Positions 7,281 through 17,146 of a stretch of 27,092 nt of DNA are shown here, piece after piece. Source of the stretch: Saprospiraceae bacterium. GTDB taxonomy: Bacteria > Bacteroidota > Bacteroidia > Chitinophagales > Saprospiraceae. The position numbers and the translations under genes were made by a program. Position 1 is the first letter of the stretch. The number at the start of each line of letters is the position of its first letter. The notes under the pieces were generated by a model that had not been told where the DNA came from, did not search any database, and was given only the letters and a program-made list of their open reading frames with translations. The stretch covers positions 1 to 27,092 of the forward strand of contig JAGQXA010000020.1 in assembly GCA_020436865.1 (NCBI GenBank), read 5' to 3'.

Positions 7281-7868
7281 ATGGACATCTCATTTCTACA
7301 AGTGATCGAGTTCATTGCCGTGGTAAGCGGCATCACGCACGTCTATTTGCTGACCCGGGAAAAGGTCATCGCCTGGCCGTTCGGATTGCTCAGCGTCAGT
7401 CTGTACATCTACATCTTCGGCGTGTCGCATCTGTACTCCGACGCCATTTTACATGTCGTTTATGTGGTGCTCAATATTTACGGCTGGTGGAATTGGTCGA
7501 GAAGGGATCCGCTGGCGCCGGCATTACCGGTCAGCCGCTTCGGCCCCACCGAGCGCTGGGGCTATCCACTACTGATCGGACTGGGGTTCGTGGTCTGGGG
7601 TTATCTCATGGCCAACAACACCAATGCCGACTTTCCCTATGGCGACGCCTTCACCACGGTAGCCAGCCTGGTCGCCCAATTCCTGCTGGCCCGCAAGAAG
7701 CTGGAAAACTGGATCATCTGGATCGTGGTCGACCTGGTCGCCATCGTGATCTACTCCTTGAAAGGCCTATACCTCACGACTTTTCTGTATGGCGTATATC
7801 TTCTCCTAAGTGCGAAGGGATTGTACGACTGGCGACGGTCGTACCTACAAGAAAGCCCTGGGCACTGA
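7281..7868 (+). CDS. pnuC: PnuC-family nicotinamide riboside / vitamin transporter
   Basis: 195 aa, multi-pass hydrophobic; WPFGL, YGWWNW, DAFTT..S..AQFLLARKKLENWIIWIVVD and KGLYLT motifs match PnuC. Confidence 0.92.
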   Translation: MDISFLQVIEFIAVVSGITHVYLLTREKVIAWPFGLLSVSLYIYIFGVSHLYSDAILHVVYVVLNIYGWWNWSRRDPLAPALPVSRFGPTERWGYPLLIGLGFVVWGYLMANNTNADFPYGDAFTTVASLVAQFLLARKKLENWIIWIVVDLVAIVIYSLKGLYLTTFLYGVYLLLSAKGLYDWRRSYLQESPGH

Positions 7869-7883
7869 TCGCACCCAGGGCTT
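7853..7883. terminator. Hairpin at the convergent pnuC / lipoprotein junction (possible terminator)
   Basis: Perfect 10-bp stem AAGCCCTGGG (7853-7862) / CCCAGGGCTT (7874-7883) spanning the pnuC stop; no clear U-tract. Confidence 0.4.
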
Positions 7884-7904
7884 CCGTTCCTGCATAGTGC
7901 CTGT

Positions 7905-8312
7905 TTATTTGCCGCCGGTATAGGTAGCAAAGGCGTCGACCGAACCCACTTCGCGCAGGTTGATCGTCACCACGTCATTGGCAAAACTGCCGTCGCCTTC
8001 CAGATTGAACACGTCGTAGGTGAAGGAAGGAATGGTGAAGCTGGTCTCGTCGTCCATATCGGCCGTGAACTGCAGGCTCACCAGGCCGGGGATCAATTCC
8101 ATCAGAACATTGATCTTGGTATTGGAGGCTCTCGTGATGGTGGTTTCCACATCGGAAATGGTCACAGACGAGCTGCCGTCGAACTCGACATAGTCCCCCA
8201 GATAATCGCCGACTACCTGAACGGTCAGATCGTCGCCCCCCGTTCCTTCCTTGTCGCAGGCGGCAAAGGAAATAGCTAGCACGCTTGCTGCCAAAAAAAG
8301 CATCTTTCTCAT
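7905..8312 (-). CDS. Hypothetical lipoprotein, beta-rich, acidic N-terminus
   Basis: 135 aa; MRKMLFLAASVLAISFAA-C lipobox followed by acidic DKEGTGGDD. Confidence 0.75.
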   Translation of the reverse strand: MRKMLFLAASVLAISFAACDKEGTGGDDLTVQVVGDYLGDYVEFDGSSSVTISDVETTITRASNTKINVLMELIPGLVSLQFTADMDDETSFTIPSFTYDVFNLEGDGSFANDVVTINLREVGSVDAFATYTGGK

Positions 8313-8420
8313 GAATTACAGTTTTAAGAGTTTCCAAATTGCCGCACAATTTAGTCAGTTTTGTCGGTTATTTCCCCTCCGCCAAATTTTCTAACTTAGC
8401 CGGCCAAAATCCTTTTCTCC

Positions 8421-9191
8421 ATGCCTACCACTATTGTTTCGTATAACGTCAACGGGATCCGCGCAGCCCTGAACAAAGGCCTCGCCGAGTGGCTGCATAA
8501 TCAGCAGATCGATATCCTTTGCGTACAGGAGACCAAGGCCCTGCGCGAACAGGTCGACCTCGATGCACTACAGACCATGGGATACCGCTCCTTCTGGCAC
8601 TCGGCCGAAAAAAAGGGATACAGCGGGGTGGCCACTTTTTCCCGACGCGAACCCGACCGGGTGGTCGAAGGCTGCGGCATAGAAGCCTATGATCGCGAAG
8701 GGCGCATTCTGCGAACCGATTTCGGCGATTGGACGCTTCTCAATTGCTACTTCCCGTCGGGTACGACCGGCGACGTACGACAGGCCGTGAAAATGGAGTT
8801 TCTCGATGATTTTTTCCGCTGGGCGCACGAACTGAAGAAAGAACGACCGAAACTCATCGTCGTCGGCGATTACAACATCGCGCATACTGAGATCGACATC
8901 CACGACCCGGTACGCAATAAGACCTCCTCGGGCTTTCTGCCCGAAGAACGGGAGTGGATGAGCAAGTGGTTCGCCAACGGGTTTACCGATGCGTTCCGCT
9001 TCAAACATCCGGAAAAAATAGAGTACAGCTGGTGGAGTTTTCGCGCCAATGCCCGCGCCAATAACAAGGGGTGGCGGATCGACTATCAATCGGTGACCGA
9101 CAACATCCGCGATCGGATCGTCGATGCCGGACAGTGGAACGAAGCCGTGCATTCCGACCACTGCCCTGTTTGGATGAAGATAGATCTATAG
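8421..9191 (+). CDS. xth: Exodeoxyribonuclease III / AP endonuclease
   Basis: SYNVNGIRA, LCVQETK, KKGYSGVA, EGR, YFPSG, GDYNIAH, GWRIDY and SDHCP motifs. Confidence 0.96.
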   Translation: MPTTIVSYNVNGIRAALNKGLAEWLHNQQIDILCVQETKALREQVDLDALQTMGYRSFWHSAEKKGYSGVATFSRREPDRVVEGCGIEAYDREGRILRTDFGDWTLLNCYFPSGTTGDVRQAVKMEFLDDFFRWAHELKKERPKLIVVGDYNIAHTEIDIHDPVRNKTSSGFLPEEREWMSKWFANGFTDAFRFKHPEKIEYSWWSFRANARANNKGWRIDYQSVTDNIRDRIVDAGQWNEAVHSDHCPVWMKIDL

Positions 9192-9223
9192 CGATCGGAA
9201 CGCTTGGAGCGTTCCGATCGCTA
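9189..9223. repeat. Perfect 16-bp inverted repeat (REP-like or bidirectional terminator) between convergent genes
   Basis: TAGCGATCGGAACGCT (9189-9204), loop TGG, AGCGTTCCGATCGCTA (9208-9223); starts on the xth stop codon; no U-tract. Confidence 0.75.
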
Positions 9224-9228
9224 AGTGC

Positions 9229-10389
9229 TCACTGGTTGATCTGCTGTAACAACTGCTCGGTCGACGAGTAGTCTTCTCCCGCCGCCTTTCCCAATTCGAT
9301 GGCCTTTTCGGCCCATTTCCGAGCCTTTTTGGTCTGACCCAAACGGTACAACAAGGCCGCCAATGTATCGGTATTGTAGTAATTGGTGTCGAGCTCGACC
9401 GAGCGTTCCGCCCATTTCACGGCTTTCTTCAACTGAGCCTTGTCGTCGACGGTCTGGAAGAAACTCCAGGCAACCTGATTGAGCAGCATCCAATCGTCGC
9501 TGGGGTACCGGTCGAGGTAGTCCACCGTCGCCGCTGCATATTGCTCCACCTTGCCGGCCTGATCGTAATAGATCATTTTGAACTCGGCCGTCATCTGACC
9601 GGCTTCTTCCGGAAAGGCCTTGGCCAGCAAAGCTTGCGTACTTGTAAAGACCTCGCTTTCCGGCAGCCCAATCGCCTCGCGAAAGACCAGCCCTTTGTAC
9701 TTGTCGACCACATACTGCTCGTCGAATGCCGCCGAAAAGGCCGGCAGGTTTTCTGCAAAATACTCGAACTGGTGGGAATGCACATCGCTCGTACTGCGCA
9801 GGATCATGAGCATGTTCTCCTCCGTGCTCCAGTCGTCTTGTGTCTCCAGGTACACACGGCCAATGTCTTCGGCCTTATCGTCCATGGCATCGAAAGCGGC
9901 ATTGGCGTATTTCCGCAAAAAATCGGGATCGCGTTCGCCTTTCATGTAGCGCCGTTCGAGGCTGCCCAAGCTCTTGTCGGGATCCATGGCATCGGCCCCC
10001 AACTGCAGGAAATCGTCGGCGCCGTGGTAACCCACCGCCCGATGCACCAGATTGCCGTCGCTGTCGATGAACAACAAGGTCGGATAGGCCTGCACCTGGT
10101 AGCTCATCGCCAAACCTGGCCCCTCGCCTTTTTCCATGTCCATTTTGACATTGATGAAGTGCTCGTTAAAAAAGGCGCCGACCTGCCCGTCCGGAAAGAC
10201 CTCGCGCGACATCATCTTGCACGGCCCGCACCATTCCGCGTAGGCGTCCATAAAAATGAGCTTGTCTTCCTCGGCGGCCCGCTTGAGCGTCTGCTCCCAG
10301 GAATCTTTGGTAAACTCAACTCCGCCCTGGCCATACGCAGAACTGGCGAGCAGGACGAAGAAAAAGCAACAGATCAGGAAATTCTTCAT
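9229..10389 (-). CDS. Exported thioredoxin-fold protein (WCGPCK) with C-terminal helical/TPR-like region
   Basis: 386 aa; signal peptide ending AYG|Q; KLIFMDAYAEWCGPCK, YPTLLF; TPR-like C-terminus (LNQVAW...AVKWAERSVEL...YYNTDTLAALLY). Confidence 0.88.
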   Translation of the reverse strand: MKNFLICCFFFVLLASSAYGQGGVEFTKDSWEQTLKRAAEEDKLIFMDAYAEWCGPCKMMSREVFPDGQVGAFFNEHFINVKMDMEKGEGPGLAMSYQVQAYPTLLFIDSDGNLVHRAVGYHGADDFLQLGADAMDPDKSLGSLERRYMKGERDPDFLRKYANAAFDAMDDKAEDIGRVYLETQDDWSTEENMLMILRSTSDVHSHQFEYFAENLPAFSAAFDEQYVVDKYKGLVFREAIGLPESEVFTSTQALLAKAFPEEAGQMTAEFKMIYYDQAGKVEQYAAATVDYLDRYPSDDWMLLNQVAWSFFQTVDDKAQLKKAVKWAERSVELDTNYYNTDTLAALLYRLGQTKKARKWAEKAIELGKAAGEDYSSTEQLLQQINQ

Positions 10390-10408
10390 GTTGGATCTTT
10401 AGTCAGGA

Positions 10409-10849
10409 TCATTTGGATGATTTGCCGGAATCGGCCTTGCGCAAGGCGCTTTCTCCCAGCTTCAGAAACGGATCGTTCTGATGGTAGCCCAGCGCCTGGT
10501 GTACCACCTTCCCGTTGCCATCAATGAACAGCAGGGTTGGGTAGGCCCGGACCCGGTAATTTCTGGAAAAAACAGGGCCCTCGCCCTTCTCGGCATTCAT
10601 CTTGTAGTTGATGAAATGTTCGTTAAAGAAGGCGCCGACTTCGCTGGCGGGAAATACGTTGCGCGACATCATCTTGCACGGTCCGCACCAATCGGTGTAC
10701 ACGTCGACGAAGATGAGTTTGTTTTGTTCGGCGGCTTGTCGCAGCACCTCCTCCCAAGAGCCTTCGGCAAATTGAATGCCTCCATCCTGGGCAAATGCGG
10801 TCATGCTCGTTAGTAGGAGAAAGCTGCAACAGATCAACAGATTCTTCAT
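10409..10849 (-). CDS. Exported single-domain thioredoxin-fold protein (WCGPCK)
   Basis: 146 aa; signal peptide ending AFA|Q; KLIFVDVYTDWCGPCK, YPTLLF; close paralogue of the N-terminus of 9229..10389. Confidence 0.88.
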   Translation of the reverse strand: MKNLLICCSFLLLTSMTAFAQDGGIQFAEGSWEEVLRQAAEQNKLIFVDVYTDWCGPCKMMSRNVFPASEVGAFFNEHFINYKMNAEKGEGPVFSRNYRVRAYPTLLFIDGNGKVVHQALGYHQNDPFLKLGESALRKADSGKSSK

Positions 10850-10883
10850 GTTTGGAAAGTAATTAGCAGTGAAAAAAGTAGCT

Positions 10884-10907
10884 CCTAAGGCCTTATAAGG
10901 CCTTAGG
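10884..10907 (-). terminator. 24-bp perfect palindrome / hairpin after the first thioredoxin gene
   Basis: CCTAAGGCCTTATAAGGCCTTAGG is its own reverse complement and overlaps the stop at 10903-10905; the minus strand continues AGCTACTTTTTT. Confidence 0.55.
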
Positions 10908-12072
10908 CCCGGATGAACTCGATCAGGTCTTCCACCATGCGGGCGGCGCCCGGACCGATATCCCTGGCAATCTCTAACGACTTTTCGGCGGCTTTGAGTG
11001 CCTCCGATTTCTTGCCGTTGCTCAGCAAGATGCGGGCGTAGGTGTAGTATTGGGTGTAACTACCTCCCTTTTTCGTAGCGGTTTCTGCGATCTTTTCCGC
11101 CTCCTTCATGCACTTTTCGTCTTTTGGAAAATGCTTTTCGATGTTCCGGGCCAGTCCGTGCAACTCATCGGCATCGTCCTTTGCCACTTTCTTGGCGTAG
11201 GTCTTACAGGCCTCGAGATATTCATCGGGCTCTCCGGCGGCGAGAAAAAAGGCCATGTCCGATTGCAGGTTGAAAGCCTCCGCCCTTTCGGGGTAATGGG
11301 CCTCCATCTCGTGCTTGGCCTGTTCCAGCAGTTCCGGACTTTGGAATTCGATGGCGCGGTCGACCGTATTCTCGCAGGCCCACTCGATCCGGTCGAGGAC
11401 AGCCTGTCTGCCCTCCAGTTGTTCGATCGGCTTGCGGTATTCGATCAGGAGAGAAAAGATGCGGGAGTCGGCGGCCGTGGTCGCTTCCAGGATGAAACGC
11501 AGATTCTGCTCGGTCGAAAGGTCGTCTTGCGACCGCAGATAGTCGTTGGCGATCTTCAAACTCGATTTGCCGGCCTGATTGAGCGCCTTCACGTAGTTGT
11601 ACACCAGCACCGGATCGCGATCGCCTTCGTCATAAGCCTTGGCAAATACCTCGCTGCGATCGACCTTTCCCAGGGCCTGACGACCTAGAGCGATGAAATC
11701 CTCGACGTTACGGGCGCCCTTCACTTGCAGGACCACATCGCCGGTGTAGTCGATGTAGAAGAGGGTCGGGAAGGCGGCTACCGGATATTTCTGCCGGAAG
11801 GTCAGCCCCTCTCCTCGTTCCATGTCCATCTTTACATTGATGAAATTCTGGTTGTAGAATTCCCCGACCCGTTCATGCGTGAACACATTGGCCGCCATGC
11901 GTTTGCACGGCCCGCACCAGATCGCGTACGCGTCGACGAAGATGACCTTCTCCTGCTGTTTGGCCTCCAGAAGGGCTTCCTCCCAACTGCCTTCGAAAAA
12001 TTCGATTCCCTGACCCGCCAGGCCGCTTGCGGCCGACAGTAAAATGGCACAGATCGCAAGTATATTCTTCAT
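10903..12072 (-). CDS. Exported thioredoxin-fold protein (WCGPCK) with C-terminal helical/TPR-like region
   Basis: 389 aa; signal peptide; KVIFVDAYAIWCGPCK, FPTLFY; TPR-like C-terminus (YYTYARILL...KSEALKAAEKSLEIA). Confidence 0.88.
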   Translation of the reverse strand: MKNILAICAILLSAASGLAGQGIEFFEGSWEEALLEAKQQEKVIFVDAYAIWCGPCKRMAANVFTHERVGEFYNQNFINVKMDMERGEGLTFRQKYPVAAFPTLFYIDYTGDVVLQVKGARNVEDFIALGRQALGKVDRSEVFAKAYDEGDRDPVLVYNYVKALNQAGKSSLKIANDYLRSQDDLSTEQNLRFILEATTAADSRIFSLLIEYRKPIEQLEGRQAVLDRIEWACENTVDRAIEFQSPELLEQAKHEMEAHYPERAEAFNLQSDMAFFLAAGEPDEYLEACKTYAKKVAKDDADELHGLARNIEKHFPKDEKCMKEAEKIAETATKKGGSYTQYYTYARILLSNGKKSEALKAAEKSLEIARDIGPGAARMVEDLIEFIRA

Positions 12073-12195
12073 GTGTTGAACGTTCTTTTGCCTGCCAAGA
12101 TACTAAGAATAACGCCGTTGCGCTGCTCCGCCAAAGCGGGGAGCGTGGCTCGTCATCCATTTTAACGTTTTGCTAACGATTCGGGGGTCCTGCAT

Positions 12196-12732
12196 CTATT
12201 CCTGGCCTCGCTGCTCGAACTCGCGCACCAGTTCTTCGGGCGACTTATCGAGCACCGACAACAGCTGCCGGGCCTGCTCGGCAAATGGATGATCCGGATA
12301 TTTTTCCAGGAAGTTCCGGTAATAGCGGCCGGCCTGATAGGCGTCGCGCAGGTGATTGTCGTAGGTGAACCCCTGGAGGAACAAAGCCTCCGGAGCCCTC
12401 GGGTGATCTTCGTAGGTGCGCCACATGTCGCCCCACAATTTGATCGCCTTCCCGTACTCGCCGGCGCCTCGGGCCACATCGGCCGCTTTGAACAGATAGA
12501 TCGGACTTAAGGAGTCGGCTGGATAGTTCGTCGCGTAGGTGGCGCTCTTCTCCAAGAGTTGCAGTGCCGCTTCGCGGTCCTTCCGTACATCGACGGCCTC
12601 GATCAACTGCTTTTCCAAGGCTTCGATCTCCTGTTGTAATTGCGTCCGTTCACGATCCTCCTCAGGTTGTCCGGATGTCTGACAGCCAGCCAGCAAAATG
12701 AGTAGCGCACAGAAATACGTTCCTTTCTTCAT
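12196..12732 (-). CDS. TPR lipoprotein (CpoB/BamD-like repeats)
   Basis: 178 aa; lipobox LLAG-C; YPADSLSPIYLFKAA, YEDHPRAPEALFLQGF and YPDHPFAEQA repeats. Confidence 0.8.
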   Translation of the reverse strand: MKKGTYFCALLILLAGCQTSGQPEEDRERTQLQQEIEALEKQLIEAVDVRKDREAALQLLEKSATYATNYPADSLSPIYLFKAADVARGAGEYGKAIKLWGDMWRTYEDHPRAPEALFLQGFTYDNHLRDAYQAGRYYRNFLEKYPDHPFAEQARQLLSVLDKSPEELVREFEQRGQE

Positions 12733-12949
12733 AGCTTCCTTTTCTGCAAGAATACGCGTTTTGTCAAAAATATCTCATGGCGGGGCAACCGAAAACCGGA
12801 GCCGAACGCAACCCGACAATGGCGACCTGATCGATCTTCGCAAGCTGATTCCTGAAAGACCGGTTAGGTGGCGGTCATCCGACTTGTGTTGGAGGAGAAT
12901 AGGATTTCTATGACAAGACGGCGGCAGGAGCGGTTCGCCCGCAATCTTA

Positions 12950-13672
12950 TCAAGGCTCCTGTACCAGGCTCAGAATGCTGCGGGGCGCCAGGCAAAGGGT
13001 CTCCAATTCGTAGTGATTACCCTTGAAGACATTGAAATCGACATCGCCGTACACGCCAGGGATCCGGCCGCGGTTGCCGTACTGCCAGAAGTCCCACTCC
13101 TTGCCAGTGGCCAGTTTGGGCTGGCGATAGTTGTAGCGGGCGATCCACAACGGATATTCCTCGAAGTGCCCGGCCAGATATTGGTGGTAGAATTTTGTGT
13201 TGGTGTAGATGATCGGCTTGACGTTGTACTTGATCTCGATGGAATACAACCAGGTGCGCACGCCGTTGATCAGGGCCACCTTCGATACGCCGTCGAGCAC
13301 CTCCACGTCGAGCACCGGCGGCAGATCGCCGTACTCCATCGTCACCATTTCGGCGAAGTTTTCCGCCTGATTGAGAGCCGCCACGCCCGGACGGAAGAAG
13401 TGATAGGCGCCGCGTTTTAGTCCGACACGCCGCAATTCATCCCAGTTATGGCAAAAGAGGGTATCCTGGAGGGTTTCGCCTTCGGTGGCTTTGATGAAAG
13501 CAAAATGGATGTCCTGGTCGGCGACGGTGTCCCAATGAACATGCGACTGGTAATGGCTGACGTCGATACCGTGCACTTCGTAGCGGTGCAGGCGCCGCGT
13601 CGGTTGATCGCAACTAGCGAACAGCAACAAACTTGCCATCAAAACCCAGCCAAAGTGTCGCAAATGATCCAC
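12950..13672 (-). CDS. Glycoside hydrolase family 25 muramidase, probable lipoprotein
   Basis: GTG start; LLFAS-C lipobox; HGIDVSHYQ, FAFIKATEG, GAYHFF, LPPVLDVE, LWIARY, FWQY and DVDFNVF motifs. Confidence 0.92.
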   Translation of the reverse strand: MDHLRHFGWVLMASLLLFASCDQPTRRLHRYEVHGIDVSHYQSHVHWDTVADQDIHFAFIKATEGETLQDTLFCHNWDELRRVGLKRGAYHFFRPGVAALNQAENFAEMVTMEYGDLPPVLDVEVLDGVSKVALINGVRTWLYSIEIKYNVKPIIYTNTKFYHQYLAGHFEEYPLWIARYNYRQPKLATGKEWDFWQYGNRGRIPGVYGDVDFNVFKGNHYELETLCLAPRSILSLVQEP

Positions 13673-13923
13673 CTCACTCTCATCTAAAAGGGAAAGATTT
13701 TACTTCTACCGGTCTTGCCGAAAACAATCCCGGTTTTTGTTTGAACGCAAGAAAGCAAAAAAAGATGTTGCCACCAACCGTTAAAGTGCGATTTATGCTT
13801 TCAATAACACCGCAAACGACGCATTTCCGATCGAAAGGTCGGCTAAGCGCCCAATCGGATTTTTCCCCTGAACAGGCGCCTTTCTCCCGTTTCCCTGCTA
13901 TCTTCCGCGGAAAGACCTGAACC

Positions 13924-16747
<2,824 letters not shown>

Positions 16748-16778
16748 GGTCGTTTAATTCAACGCAACAACTTACGCC

Positions 16779-17024
16779 ATGTATATCACTGTTCTAACGC
16801 CTGACAAGCAGATCTTCCAGGGATCGATCACTTCGGTCAAAGTACCCGGCACCAGCGGCCGCTTCCAGGTGCTGCGCAATCACGCCCCCATCGTAGCATC
16901 GCTGGGCGTGGGCGACGTCAACATCCGCAAGGAAGACGGCGCCGAAATGACCTTCCACATCCAGAAGGGCTTCATCGAGGTACTGAACAACCAAATCTCG
17001 CTTTTGGTACAAGGCGTCGTCTGA
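16779..17024 (+). CDS. atpC: F0F1 ATP synthase subunit epsilon (short, beta-sandwich only)
   Basis: 81 aa; VLTPDK..F.G...V.VPG..G.FQVL.NHAPIV; GFIEV; directly after atpD. Confidence 0.93.
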   Translation: MYITVLTPDKQIFQGSITSVKVPGTSGRFQVLRNHAPIVASLGVGDVNIRKEDGAEMTFHIQKGFIEVLNNQISLLVQGVV

Positions 17025-17047
17025 TAATTATCATTTCGCTGATATAG

Positions 17048-17079
17048 AGGGGTAAAGCCAGTGGCTTTACCCCTTTTTT
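17048..17079 (+). terminator. Intrinsic terminator of atpD-atpC
   Basis: Stem AGGGGTAAAGCC (17048-17059) / GGCTTTACCCCT (17063-17074) followed by a T-run. Confidence 0.88.
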
Positions 17080-17146
17080 ATTTTTCCCGATTTGGCTATC
17101 TTGTCCGATCATGACCCCATTTCCCTGCTCCAAATCCTGTCGGACT

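Noticed and set aside
12121-12145. Imperfect GCTCCGC-CAAA-GCGGGGAGC hairpin
   Set aside because: Short and bulged; a plausible ordinary terminator or stabiliser between same-strand genes and too weak to call.
12733-12949. 217-bp intergenic region as an ncRNA
   Set aside because: No tRNA cloverleaf or recognisable Rfam motif; only weak hairpins, and it can be explained by a terminator plus promoter.
12950-13672. GH25 and the fibre-like gene as signs of a prophage
   Set aside because: No integrase, terminase, capsid or holin in the window; both have host-type export signals and housekeeping neighbours.
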